Shown here: positions 39,473 through 54,600 of the stretch, in pieces
Numbering within the stretch: position 1 is the stretch's first letter
How the letters are laid out: each line of letters begins with the position of its first letter
Source: Eledone cirrhosa
Lineage: Eukaryota
Assembly (NCBI GenBank): GCA_964016885.1
Contig: OZ024755.1
Location: 41,416,001-41,480,000, forward strand
DNA length: 64,000 bases
Direction: 5' to 3'
Notes under the pieces: generated by a model
Seen by the model: the letters and a program-made list of their open reading frames with translations, nothing else
Told to the model about the DNA's origin: nothing
Databases searched by the model: none
Translations under genes and position numbers: made by a program

Positions 39473-41451
39473 AAAGAATGAATAACATGGTCAGCTGTAC
39501 AATAGGGTTTATTTACAATATTAACAATTGTTTCATTAGTCCAGTGTCTGAAAGTCGCTGATCGTTAGAAGCGATGTCACTCGACTTTAATTACAGTCGA
39601 TACCTGACCAAATCATCAGAATACTGATTGCTGATCAGTACTTAATTGTTAAAACAATTGTTAATACTTAAATAACCCTATTGTACAGCCAACCATGTTA
39701 TTCTTCATTCTTTTACTATTATTACTCCAAGAACCGTTTACCTAGGAACTTTCTTAAACCAGCCACCCGACTAAGGAAACGTCTTGTTGAGTCAAACAAC
39801 GCAGAACGTTAAAACTATCCACAATACAGAGTACTGATAACCTCTACTTGGATTACCTTAAACGATACCTTGTTATTGTGTGCGTGTGCGCGTGCGGAAG
39901 ATGGTGAGATATATCTAGAATATCGAGACTAGAAATAGGTAGTGACATAAACACTATCTACTAGTCAATATATCGATTTATCATAATCAATCAACCCCCT
40001 GAAACAATCGTAAAACAATGAACTAATTAAGAACCTATCTTCGCCTTTTGTTTTATTTTCATTCTTTCAACCACACATACATACAGGCATATATACATAT
40101 AAAGACACAGATGGAGGCACATGGCTTAGTGGTTAGAGCATTGGCCTTGCAATCGAAAGGTTGTGAGTTCAATTCTTAGACCGGGTGATGTGTTGTTTCC
40201 TTGAGCAAGGCACTTTATTTCACATTGCTCCAGTTTACTCAGCTGTAGAAATGAGATGATAGGGACTGGGGTCCATATCATTCCACTGCAAAAAAGCACC
40301 CAGCATTCACTGTAACTGAGGTTGGTGTTAGGAAGGGCATCCAGCTGTAGAAATCTAGCCAGAATCAGTTCCCGTCCCACCCTTGCAAGCAGGGAAAAGC
40401 AGACGTAAAAATGAAATGAAATGAAATGAGACACATGTATATGAGAAACAATGAAGGAACAAGACAAGGTGAAGTAGTTGATTAATCTAGTGTTTTTTAC
40501 GATTGTTTCAGAGAGCAAAACTATCAAAGACCAGATCAATTGATGGCAGTTATGCAACTCCATACCATTAACCATGATAAAGCACATTCACTGTCTTCTC
40601 AGGAACAATGGTTGTGTGTATATACATATATATACACATATATACATATATACACATATATACATATATATATACATATATACACACATATATATATATA
40701 TACACACATATATACCCTCAGTGTATACTGATTAATGTTCAGAGCTGTATGTGACACAGAGGAGACTGAGGTTGGCTGGACATGCTCACCGACATCCAGA
40801 GTTGACATTGCACTCAGTGCTCCTTTGGGAGCCCCTACATGGACACACTAGAAGAGGAAGACCAAGGTTAACATATGTTGATGCCCTAAGGACAGACACT
40901 GGTCTGTTGGAGATGCAGGATATGGCAGATAATGAGGGACAAAGACCGCTGGAGAGAACTCGTCCATGGATCTCGGGAATTTTACCCGCCTTAGATAGAT
41001 AGATAGATACATATATATGGTGGCTGCCAACTCGTTTTCGAGTACGACCACTACTTTATATCCATGTAGGAGAACCACCACTGATGCGCTGAACGAGTGT
41101 GACTTTTTAGTCCAGCCAGCGACTTGAAAACTCGGGTACAAACACTACACTTGTGACAATTATTGACACATAGTGCTGGGCCCATGGTACCATGTGATTA
41201 CAAGTGCAGAGAGATCTCCAGATATAAAGCAATCCTGTGCCGTGAAGCTTTTATAGTGAGCAAAAGCACTGCACAAAGCCAGTCCCACTCTCTTAACCAA
41301 GATGATATTTACCAAAAAGAAGAACAAGTCAACATCATTGGATACCATCAGAGTTGCAGGTGTTATATCAGAGTTTTCCTTCTCCTAGAATTCTGCCTAT
41401 GTATATATATATACCATATACATATATATACATATATATATACATACACAC

Positions 41452-41484
<33 letters not shown>

Positions 41485-42567
41485 TATACACACACACATT
41501 TATATACATATACAATGACACTGGATCGAGACATTTGGCACCATGCAGTTGTACAGAAGACCCGACTACCATTGCATACAAACCTAGTCAGTAGGCACCT
41601 CTTAACTCAATGTACACCCCACATCACCCTACTCCACCCTCCTGTTCCATCCACTGTGTCAATGACACAACAGTCCACACTGTAAGGTGGCACTGTAAAT
41701 GTGGTTGGTGTTAGGAAGGGCATCCAGCTGTAAAAAACCTGCCAGAAATGCTTCCGTGTGAGCGAGACATGGTCTCTGCATCAAATGGAAAACCGTCAAA
41801 CCCATGCTAGCGTGGAAGATGGACGTTAAACGATGATGATGATACATATATATATATTTATAAGATGTAAGATACTCAGAGTAGAGAATAACTTTAATTA
41901 TGGAGGCACATGGCTTAGTGGTTAGAGCATTGGCCTTGCAATCGAAAGGTTGCGAGTTCAATTCTCAGACCGGGTGATGTGTTGTTTCCTTGAGCAAGAC
42001 ACTTTATTTCACATTGCTCCAGTTTACTCAGCTGTAGAAATGAGATGATAGGACTGGGGTCCATATCATTCCACTGCAAAAAAGTACCCAACACTCACTG
42101 TAAATGAGGTTGGTGTTAGGAAGGGCATCCAGCTGTAGAAATCAAGCCAGAATCAGTTCCCGTCCCACCCTTGTAAGCAGGGAAAAGGCGGACGTAAAAT
42201 GAAATGATGATGAGAGCCAGGTTCTATAAAATAGCTGATAAAAATCAAGTAAAGACATTTTATCATCTCTAAGGATGTTTAACTGGTTTTTATTGGTCAC
42301 TCTACAGAAACTGACTAATTACAGCATCTGGCATATATTTCAACACTTTGGGAGGTGGAAAATTGGACCTTCACACGATGTGTGTGTGAAGGCAGGGCTG
42401 TATGTGTGTGTGAAGGCAGGGCTGTGTGTATACATATATATAGTATGTCAGACAGTTATACTGTGTATATATATATAGTATGTCAAACAGTTATATTGTG
42501 TGTATATATATATAGTATGTCAGACAGTTATATTGTATATATATATATATATAGTATGTCAGACAGT

Positions 42568-42598
<31 letters not shown>

Positions 42599-42608
42599 TG
42601 TCAGACAG

Positions 42609-42646
<38 letters not shown>

Positions 42647-45600
42647 TGTCAGACAGTTATATTGTGTATATATATATAGTATATCAGACAGTTATATTGT
42701 GTATATATATATATATATATTATATAAATAAAACATTGAAAATGTGATATTGATCGTTAATAATTAATGGATATTTTTAATTAAAATATGGAATTACTAC
42801 ATGGTCAATTATTATTATTATAAATTATTAAGTTACTTACCTCTGAATAGACAACTGGTTCATTAGTGTCTGGGTGAAGACCAACAGCTTGGCCAATTAG
42901 TTTTGTTGACCCTAGCTCTAAACCTTCAACCAGTCCAATATTTGAAATACTGGCCTTTGCAGAGTTTTCCATAGAGAATTCTACAGATCCTTGAGTACGG
43001 GGTCCTCCAGTGGCCAATATCTGGATAATTCAAATAATTCAAAATAAATGAAGCTGCCGCCATCACCACACCCATTAGTGGACATATAACACTGAATCTC
43101 CCTGAGAATAACCTTATAAGTAAACATGACTGTGGAATAACCTTATGGGTATACCTATTAGATGCATTGTACTGGAAATTCAACGGTCCAACCCTGTCAC
43201 ACAGAATCTCCCTGAGAATAACCTTAGTGTTGGTGTCACACTGTACTGAGTCCACCTTGTAATGTGGCAGTGTTGGTGTCACACTGTACCCAGTCCATTC
43301 TGAAATGTGGTAGTATTGGGGTCACACTGTACCCAGTCTATTCTGTCATGTGGTAGTATTGAAGTCAGACTGCACCCAGTCCATTCTGTCATGTGGTAGT
43401 ATTGGGGTCACACTGTACCCAGTCTATTCTGTCATGTGGTAGTGTTGGTGTCACACTGTACCCAGTCCATTCTGTCATGTGGTATTGTTGGTGTCACACT
43501 GTACCCAGTCCATTCTGTCATGTGGTAGTGTTGGTGTCACCCTGTACCGAGTCCACCTTGTAATGTGGCAGTGTTGGTGTCACACTGTACCCAGTCCATT
43601 CTGTCATGTGGTATTGTTGTTGTCACACTGTACCCAGTCTATTCTGTCATCTGGTAGTGTTGGTGTCACACTGTACCCAGCCCATTCTGTCATGTGGTAT
43701 TGTTGGTGTCACACTGTACCCAGTCCATTCTGTCATGTGGTAGTATTGGTGTCACACTGTACCCAGCCCATTCTGTCATGTGGTATTGTTGGTGTCACAC
43801 TGTACCCAGTCCATTCTGTCAAGTGGTAGTATTGGTGTCACACTGTACCCAGTCTATTCTGTCATGTGGTAGTGTTGGTGTCACACTGTTCCGAGTCCCT
43901 TCTGTCATGTGGTAGTGTTGGTGTCACACTGTACCCAGTCCATTCTGTCATGTGGTAGTGTTGGTGTCACACTGTACCCAGTCCATACTGTCATGTGGCA
44001 GTGTTGGTGTCACACTGTACCCAGTCCATTCTGTCATGTGGTAGTATTGGTGTCACACTGTACCCAGTCCATTCTGTCATGTGGCAGTGTTGGTGTCACA
44101 CTGTACCCAGTCCATTCTGTCATGTGGTAGTGTTGGTGTCACACTGTACCCAGTCCATTCTGTCATGTGGTAGTGTTGGTGTCACACTGTACCCAGTCCA
44201 TTCTGTAATGTGGTAGTATTGGTGTCACACTGTTCGCAGTCCATTCTGTCATGTGGTAGTGTTGGTGTCACACTGTTCCCAGTCTATTCTGTCATGTGGT
44301 AGTATTGGTGTCACACTGTTCCCAGTCCATTCTGTCATGTGATAGTGTTGGTGTCACACTGTTCCCAGTCCATTCTGGAAAGAAGCAATGCAGTTATTAA
44401 GAGTTGAAATTAATGCATGCAAGACTTCACAGCTCTAGCATCCCTCAATCATCTTATGAACTTTTCAGCTGGCCCACATGTAGATGAGTGAATGGTATCA
44501 GTAAAGACGAAGTTAAATATTGCAGTAATGAAGTTAGAATCATAAAGATATAGAAATAGTGAAATATAAGGCAATTACCTGGAAGACAGCACCAATAATG
44601 AGTGTTAGGCTCCGTGGTCGGAGACGTAATGGTGGGAACACCTGAAACAGAAAACAATGACATGAAGTTTCATTACAAACTAGATTAAATATACCGTATT
44701 TCCCAGCGCAAAAACGTTTCGTCCTCGAGGACCCACCCTAATTTTGAGAACCAAAAATTTGAAAATATATAAACAACCTTCAGTCTCCAGGACACACGGT
44801 AGATTTTTGAGACTTACTTTAGGGAAAAAGTAGAGTCTTTGACGCCGGGAAATACGGTATATACACAATAAACCTATTTACAAATCACCCCTGTTTCTAT
44901 GATATCAATCAATGGAATCAATCAACAAGATTGATTACCTCATTCACTTACCAAGTGAGGCAGTACTCATCAGATCGGATCAAGGAAACTATGTTTCCAT
45001 TGCTGATATTATGAGTGGGTGGCAACTCCAAGCAGAAAGACTAACATGAAATAAACTGTCTTGCTCAAGAACAGCCTTGTCACAAACTGTGTGACACTGA
45101 ATCTCCCTGAGAACTACATGTTTGTGGAATGCTCAGTCACTTACACTTTAGTTCTATGAGCAGGCTGTTTGGTTGTTTAAACTGACAGTCACTCATACAC
45201 ACCACCACCCACTCCCTCCATCACCCACATGCCCACTCCCTCCACACACACCACCATCCACATGCCCACTCCCTCCACACACAGACACAACAATCTTTTT
45301 CTAAAATAAAGAATGTGGAGGCACATGACTTAATGGTTAGAGCATTGGCCTTGCAATCGAAAGGTTGTGAGTTCAATTCTCAGACCGGGTGATGTGTTTT
45401 GTTTCCTTGAGCAAGACACTTTATTTCACATTGCTCCAGTTTACTCAGCTGTAGAAATGAGATGATAGGGACTGGGGTCCTTATTCCACTGTAAAGTTGT
45501 CATGGAGGTGCCACGGCAAAAAAGCACCCAGCACTCACTGTAAATGAGGTTGGTGGTAGGAAGGGCATCCAGCTGTAGAAATCAAGCCAGAATCAGTTCC

Positions 45601-48600
45601 CGTCCCACCCTTGCAAGCAGGGAAAAGCAGACGTAAAATGAAATGATGATGATGATGAAGAGATTAACAAATTACCTCAATTGGTTTGGTTTTACTAAAG
45701 ATTCTCTCTCCAGATTCCATTATTGCGGAGCAAGTGATGGTGGTGTGACCAATATGTAACCCTTTCACAAGATATTCCGCCTCCGTTGAGTCACTTCTAC
45801 CATTCAATGTGGCTCTAGACAACAAAATAAAGAACAACTTGATAAATATCATTTCTACCACTGCTGGTAGTTGTGAGACAGACAAGATATTACTACTGCT
45901 GGTAGTAGAGAGAGAGGAAGTTGTGAGACAGACAAGATATTACCATTGCTGGTAGCAGAGAGAGGAAGTTGTGAGACAAAGAAGACATTACTACTGCTGG
46001 TAGTAGAGAGAGAGAGGAAATTGTGAGACAGACAAGACATTACTACTGCTGGTAGTAGAGAGAGAGGGGAAGTTGTGAGATAGACAAGACATTACTACTG
46101 CTGGTAGTAGAGAGAGAGAGGAAGTTGTGAGACAGACAAGATATTACTACTGCCGGTAGTAGAGAGAGAGAGGAAGTTGTGAGACAGACAAGATATTACT
46201 ACTGCTGGTAGTAGAGAGAGAGAGGAAGTTGTGAGACAGACAAGATATTACTACTGCTGGTAGTAGAGAGAGAGAGAGGAAGTTGTGAGACAGACAAGAC
46301 ATTACTACTGCTGGTAGTAGAGAGAGAGAGGAAGTTGTGAGTCAGACAAGATATTACTACTGCTGGTAGTAGAGAGAGAGAGGAAGTTGTGAGACAGACA
46401 AGACATTACTACTGCTGGTAGTAGAGAGAGAGGAAGTTGTAAGACAGACAAGATATTACTACTGCTGGTAGCAGAGAGAGAGAGGAAGTTGTGAGACAGA
46501 GAAGACATTACTACTGCTGGTAGTAGAGAGAGAGAGGAAGTTGTGAGACAGACAAGATATTACTACTGCTGGTAGTAGAGAGAGAGAGGAAGTTGTGAGA
46601 CAGACAAGACATTACTACTGCTGGTAGCAGAGAGAGAGAGGAAGTTGTGAGACAGACAAGACATTACTACTGCTGGTAGTAAAGAGAGAGAGGAAGTTGT
46701 GAGACAGACAAGACATTACTACTGTTGGTAGTAGAGAGAGAGGAAGTTGTGAGACAGACAAGATATTACTACTGCTGGTAGTAGATAGAGAGAGGAAGTT
46801 GTGAGACAGACAAGATATTACTACTGCTGGTAGTAGAGAGAGAGAGGAAGTTGTGAGACAGACAAGACATTACTATTGCTGGTAGTAGAGAGAGAGAGGA
46901 AGTTGTGAGATAGACAAGACATTACTACTGCTGACAGTAGAGAGAGAGAGGGGTAGTTGTGAGACAGACAAGATATTACTACTGCTGGTAGTAGAGAGAG
47001 AGAGGAAGTTGTGAGACAGACAAGATATTACTACTGCTGGTAGTAGAGAGAGAGGAAGTTGTGAGACAGACAAGATATTACTACTGCTGGTAGTAGAGAG
47101 AGGGGAAGTTGTGAGAGAGACAAGACATTACTACTGTTGGTAGTAGAGAGAGAGAGGTAGTTGTGAGACAGACAATATATTACTACTGCTGGTAGTAGAG
47201 AGAGAGAGGAAGTTGTGAGACAGACAAGACATTACTACTGTTGGTAGTAGAGAGAGAGGAAGTTGTGAGACAGACAAGATATTACTACTGCTGGTAGTAG
47301 ATAGAGAGAGGAAGTTGTGAGACAGACAAGATATTACTACTGCTGGTAGTAGAGAGAGAGAGGAAGTTGTGAGACAGACAAGACATTATTGCTGGTAGTA
47401 GAGAGAGAGAGGAAGTTGTGAGATAGACAAGACATTACTACTGCTGACAGTAGAGAGAGAGAGGAAGTTGTGAGACAGACAAGATATTACTACTGCTGGT
47501 AGTAGAGAGAGAGAGGAAGTTGTGAGACAGACAAGATATTACTACTGCTGACAGTAGAGAGAGAGAGGAAGTTGTGAGACAGACAAGACATTACTACTGC
47601 TGACAGTAGAGAGAGAGAAAGTTGTGAGACAGACAAGATATTACTACTGCTGGTAGTAGAGAGAGAGAGGAAGTTGTGAGACAGACAAGATATTACTACT
47701 GCTGGTAGTAGAGAGAGAGAGGAAGTTGTGAGACAGATAAGATATTACTACTGCTGGTAGTAGAGAGAGAGAGGAAGTTGTGAGACAGACAAGATATTAC
47801 TACTGCTGGTAGTAGAGAGAGAGGAAGTTGTGAGACAGACAAGATATTACTACTGCTGGTAGTAGAGAGAGAGAGGAAGTTGTGAGACAGACAAGACATT
47901 ACTAGTGCTGGTAGTAGAGAGAGAGAGGAAGTTGTGAGACAGACAAGATATTACTACTGCTGGTAGTAGAGAGAGAGGAAGTTGTGAGACAGACAAGATA
48001 TTACTACTGCTGGTAGTAGAGAGAGAGGAAGTTGTGAGAGAGACAAGACATTACTACTGTTGGTAGTAGAGAGAGAGAGAGGTAGTTGTGAGACAGACAA
48101 GATATTACTACTGCTGGTAGTAGAGAGAGAGAGGAAGTTGTGAGACAGACAAGACATTACTAGTGCTGGTAGTAGAGAGAGAGAGGAAGTTGTGAGACAG
48201 ACAAGATATTACTACTGCTGGTAGTAGAGAGAGAGGAAGTTGTGAGACAGACAAGATATTACTACTGCTGGTAGTAGAGAGAGAGGAAGTTGTGAGAGAG
48301 ACAAGACATTACTACTGTTGGTAGTAGAGAGAGAGAGGTAGTTGTGAGACAGACAATATATTACTACTGCTGGTAGTAGAGAGAGAGAGGAAGTTGTGAG
48401 ACAGACAATACATTACTACTGTTGGTAGTAGAGAGAGAGAGGAAGTTGTGAGACAGACAAGACATTACTACTGCTGGTAGTAGAGAGAGAGAGGAAGTTG
48501 TGAGACAGACAAGATATTACTACTGCTGACAGTAGAAAGAGAGAGGAAGTTGTGAGACAGACAAGATATTACTACTGCTGGTAGTAGAGAAGAGAGAGGA

Positions 48601-51600
48601 AGTTGTGAAACAGAGAAGACATTACTACTGCTGGTAGTAGAGAGAGAGAGGAAGTTGTGAGATAGACAAGACATTACTACTGCTGACAGTAGAGAGAGAG
48701 GGGAAGTTGTGAGACAGACAAGATATTACTACTGCTGGTAGTAGAGAGAGAGAGGAAGATGTGAGACAGACAAGATATTACTACTGCTGACAGTAGAGAG
48801 AGAGAGGAAGTTGTGAGACAGACAAGATATTACTACTGCTGACAGTAGAGAGAGAGAGGAAGTTGTGAGACAGACAAGACATTACTACTGCTGACAGTAG
48901 AGAGAGAGAGAGGAAGTTGTGAGACGGACAAGATATTACTACTGCTGGTAGTAGAGAGAGAGAGGAAGTTGTGAGACAGACAAGATATTACTACTGCTGG
49001 TAGTAGAGAGAGAGAGGAAGTTGTGAGACAGACAAGATATTACTACTGCTGGTAGTAGAGAGAGAGAGGAAGTTGTGAGACAGATAAGATATTACTACTG
49101 CTGGTAGTAGAGAGAGAGAGGAAGTTGTGAGACAGACAAGATATTACTACTGCTGGTAGTAGAGAGAGAGAGGAAGTTGTGAGACAGACAAGACATTACT
49201 AGTGCTGGTAGTAGAGAGAGAGAGGAAGTTGTGAGACAGACAAGATATTACTACTGCTGGTAGTAGAGAGAGAGGAAGTTGTGAGACAGACAAGATATTA
49301 CTACTGCTGGTAGTAGAGAGAGAGGAAGTTGTGAGAGAGACAAGACATTACTACTGTTGGTAGTAGAGAGAGAGAGGTAGTTGTGAGACAGACAAGATAT
49401 TACTACTGCTGGTAGTAGAGAGAGAGAGGAAGTTGTGAGACAGACAAGATATTACTACTGCTGGTAGTAGAGAGAGAGGAAGTTGTGAGACAGACAAGAT
49501 ATTACTACTGCTGGTAGTAGAGAGAGAGGAAGTTGTGAGAGAGACAAGACATTACTACTGTTGGTAGTAGAGAGAGAGAGGTAGTTGTGAGACAGACAAT
49601 ATATTACTACTGCTGGTAGTAGAGAGAGAGAGGAAGTTGTGAGACAGATAAGATATTACTACTGCTGGTAGTAGAGAGAGAGGAAGTTGTGAGACAGACA
49701 AGATATTACTACTGTTGGTAGTAGAGAGAGAGAGAGGAAGTTGTGAGACAGACAAGATATTACTACTGCTGGTAGTAGAGAGAGAGAGGAAGTTGTGAGA
49801 CAGACAAGATATTACTACTGCTGGTAGTAGAGAGAGAGAGAGGAAGTTGTGAGACAGACAAGATATTACTACTGCTGGTAGGAGAGAGAGAGAGGAAGTT
49901 GTGAGACAGACAAGATATTACTACTGTTGGTAGTAGAGAGAGAGAGAGGAAGTTGTGAGACAGACAAGATATTACTACTGCTGGTAGTAGAGAGAGAGAG
50001 GAAGTTGTGAGACAGACAAGATATTACTACTGCTGGTAGTAGAGAGAGAGGAAGTTGTGAGACAGACAAGACATTACTACTGCTGGTAGTAGAGAGAGAG
50101 GAAGTTGTGAGAGAGACAAGACATTACTACTGCTGGTAGTAGAGAGAGGGGAAGTTGTGAGAGAGACAAGACATTACTACTGTTGGTAGTAGAGAGAGAG
50201 AGGTAGTTGTGAGACAGACAAGATATTACTACTGCTGGTAGTAGAGAAGAGAGAGGAAGTTGTGAGACAGAGAAGACATTACTACTGCTGGTAGTAGAGA
50301 GAGAGAGGAAGTTGTGAGATAGACAAGACATTACTACTGCTGACAGTAGAGAGAGAGAGGAAGTTGTGAGACAGACAAGATATTACTACTGCTGGTAGTA
50401 GAGAGGGAGAGGAAGTTGTGAGACAGACAAGACATTACTACTGCTGGTAGTAGAGAGAGAGGAAGTTGTGAGAGAGACAAGACATTACTACTGTTGGTAG
50501 TAGAGAGAGAGGAAGTTGTGAGACAGACAAGATATTACTACTGCTGGTAGTAGATAGAGAGAGGAAGTTGTGAGACAGACAAGATATTACTACTGCTGGT
50601 AGTAGAGAGAGAGAGGAAGTTGTGAGACAGACAAGACATTACTATTGCTGGTAGTAGAGAGAGAGAGGAAGTTGTGAGATAGACAAGACATTACTACTGC
50701 TGACAGTAGAGAGAGAGAGGAAGTTGTGAGACAGACAAGATATTACTACTGCTGGTAGTAGAGAGAGAGAGGAAGTTGTGAGACAGACAAGATATTACTA
50801 CTGCTGACAGTAGAGAGAGAGAGGAAGTTGTGAGACAGACAAGACATTACTACTGCTGACAGTAGAGAGAGAGAAAGTTGTGAGACAGACAAGATATTAC
50901 TACTGCTGGTAGTAGAGAGAGAGAGGAAGTTGTGAGACAGACAAGATATTACTACTGCTGGTAGTAGAGAGAGAGAGGAAGTTGTGAGACAGATAAGATA
51001 TTACTACTGCTGGTAGTAGAGAGAGAGAGGAAGTTGTGAGACAGACAAGATATTACTACTGCTGGTAGTAGAGAGAGAGGAAGTTGTGAGACAGACAAGA
51101 TATTACTACTGCTGGTAGTAGAGAGAGAGAGGAAGTTGTGAGACAGACAAGACATTACTAGTGCTGGTAGTAGAGAGAGAGAGGAAGTTGTGAGACAGAC
51201 AAGATATTACTACTGCTGGTAGTAGAGAGAGAGGAAGTTGTGAGACAGACAAGATATTACTACTGCTGGTAGTAGAGAGAGAGGAAGTTGTGAGAGAGAC
51301 AAGACATTACTACTGTTGGTAGTAGAGAGAGAGAGAGGTAGTTGTGAGACAGACAAGATATTACTACTGCTGGTAGTAGAGAGAGAGAGGAAGTTGTGAG
51401 ACAGACAAGACATTACTAGTGCTGGTAGTAGAGAGAGAGAGGAAGTTGTGAGACAGACAAGATATTACTACTGCTGGTAGTAGAGAGAGAGGAAGTTGTG
51501 AGACAGACAAGATATTACTACTGCTGGTAGTAGAGAGAGAGGAAGTTGTGAGAGAGACAAGACATTACTACTGTTGGTAGTAGAGAGAGAGAGGTAGTTG

Positions 51601-54600
51601 TGAGACAGACAATATATTACTACTGCTGGTAGTAGAGAGAGAGAGGAAGTTGTGAGACAGACAATACATTACTACTGTTGGTAGTAGAGAGAGAGAGGAA
51701 GTTGTGAGACAGACAAGACATTACTACTGCTGGTAGTAGAGAGAGAGAGGAAGTTGTGAGACAGACAAGATATTACTACTGCTGACAGTAGAAAGAGAGA
51801 GGAAGTTGTGAGACAGACAAGATATTACTACTGCTGGTAGTAGAGAAGAGAGAGGAAGTTGTGAAACAGAGAAGACATTACTACTGCTGGTAGTAGAGAG
51901 AGAGAGGAAGTTGTGAGATAGACAAGACATTACTACTGCTGACAGTAGAGAGAGAGGGGAAGTTGTGAGACAGACAAGATATTACTACTGCTGGTAGTAG
52001 AGAGAGAGAGGAAGATGTGAGACAGACAAGATATTACTACTGCTGACAGTAGAGAGAGAGAGGAAGTTGTGAGACAGACAAGATATTACTACTGCTGACA
52101 GTAGAGAGAGAGAGGAAGTTGTGAGACAGACAAGACATTACTACTGCTGACAGTAGAGAGAGAGAGAGGAAGTTGTGAGACGGACAAGATATTACTACTG
52201 CTGGTAGTAGAGAGAGAGAGGAAGTTGTGAGACAGACAAGATATTACTACTGCTGGTAGTAGAGAGAGAGAGGAAGTTGTGAGACAGACAAGATATTACT
52301 ACTGCTGGTAGTAGAGAGAGAGAGGAAGTTGTGAGACAGATAAGATATTACTACTGCTGGTAGTAGAGAGAGAGAGGAAGTTGTGAGACAGACAAGATAT
52401 TACTACTGCTGGTAGTAGAGAGAGAGAGGAAGTTGTGAGACAGACAAGACATTACTAGTGCTGGTAGTAGAGAGAGAGAGGAAGTTGTGAGACAGACAAG
52501 ATATTACTACTGCTGGTAGTAGAGAGAGAGGAAGTTGTGAGACAGACAAGATATTACTACTGCTGGTAGTAGAGAGAGAGGAAGTTGTGAGAGAGACAAG
52601 ACATTACTACTGTTGGTAGTAGAGAGAGAGAGGTAGTTGTGAGACAGACAAGATATTACTACTGCTGGTAGTAGAGAGAGAGAGGAAGTTGTGAGACAGA
52701 CAAGATATTACTACTGCTGGTAGTAGAGAGAGAGGAAGTTGTGAGACAGACAAGATATTACTACTGCTGGTAGTAGAGAGAGAGGAAGTTGTGAGAGAGA
52801 CAAGACATTACTACTGTTGGTAGTAGAGAGAGAGAGGTAGTTGTGAGACAGACAATATATTACTACTGCTGGTAGTAGAGAGAGAGAGGAAGTTGTGAGA
52901 CAGACAAGATATTACTACTGCTGGTAGTAGAGAGAGAGGAAGTTGTGAGACAGACAAGATATTACTACTGTTGGTAGTAGAGAGAGAGAGAGGAAGTTGT
53001 GAGACAGACAAGATATTACTACTGCTGGTAGTAGAGAGAGAGAGGAAGTTGTGAGACAGACAAGATATTACTACTGCTGGTAGTAGAGAGAGAGAGAGGA
53101 AGTTGTGAGACAGACAAGATATTACTACTGCTGGTAGGAGAGAGAGAGAGGAAGTTGTGAGACAGACAAGATATTACTACTGTTGGTAGTAGAGAGAGAG
53201 AGAGGAAGTTGTGAGACAGACAAGATATTACTACTGCTGGTAGTAGAGAGAGAGAGGAAGTTGTGAGACAGACAAGATATTACTACTGCTGGTAGTAGAG
53301 AGAGAGGAAGTTGTGAGACAGACAAGACATTACTACTGCTGGTAGTAGAGAGAGAGGAAGTTGTGAGAGAGACAAGACATTACTACTGCTGGTAGTAGAG
53401 AGAGGGGAAGTTGTGAGAGAGACAAGACATTACTACTGTTGGTAGTAGAGAGAGAGAGGTAGTTGTGAGACAGACAAGATATTACTACTGCTGGTAGTAG
53501 AGAAGAGAGAGGAAGTTGTGAGACAGAGAAGACATTACTACTGCTGGTAGTAGAGAGAGAGAGGAAGTTGTGAGATAGACAAGACATTACTACTGCTGAC
53601 AGTAGAGAGAGAGAGGAAGTTGTGAGACAGACAAGATATTACTACTGCTGGTAGTAGAGAGGGAGAGGAAGTTGTGAGACAGACAAGACATTACTACTGC
53701 TGGTAGTAGAGAGAGAGGAAGTTGTGAGAGAGACAAGACATTACTACTGTTGGTAGTAGAGAGAGAGGAAGTTGTGAGACAGACAAGACATTACTACTGC
53801 TGGTAGTAGAGAGAGAGAGAGGAAGTTGTGAGACAGACAAGACATTGCTACTGCTGGTAGTGTAGAGAGAGAGAGGAAGTTGTGAGACAGACAAGATGGT
53901 GAAAGATTTAAAATTAATGGTAATAATGGTAATGGCTTAAAAAAACTAAACCTTATGAAGACAACACATGCTTGAGCTGGCTGGTGGCATGTGATAACAC
54001 AAAACACCTGTCCACCAGTACCAACACTGTGACAGAGACAACACAGGACTGAGTTGACTGGTGGTATGTCATAATACAAAACACCTGTCCATTCTTTCGG
54101 GTGTTCCAGTTGTTCAATCAATGGAAATGCTTGCTCATGAAATTAACATATAGGTGAGTTTTCCATAGTCACATATGATCTTAACAGAATTCTCAGGGAG
54201 ATTCAGTATGACATTGTGCGACAAGGCTAGCTCTTTGAATTACAGCTACAATCCATCCAAACAGTTTCTGTCTACCCAATTTCCTACCCAAAGTATTAAG
54301 TCAACCTGAAGTTACGATACATTTGCCAACGATGCCATGCAATGGGATTGAACCTGGGACCTAATGATTGTCAAGTGAACTTCTTAACCACCTGGCCAGC
54401 AGCAACATTAAGGGTTACAGTTCTATCCAACTGATTCTGGCATGGATGAGTTGTAAATATCCAAACGTTCTCCCTCATACACACCCATTTACCAACCACC
54501 CCAATCCCCACACACCTCTCCCACCAAAGCCCTCAGTCCACACTGTAAAGTAGTTGTGATAACAACATGACAAAAAGCACACAGTCCACACTGTAAAGTG

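Noticed and set aside
46305-53894. Family of ~67-aa Ser/Leu-rich ORFs
   Set aside because: Translations of the 52-bp array and its 3256-bp duplication.
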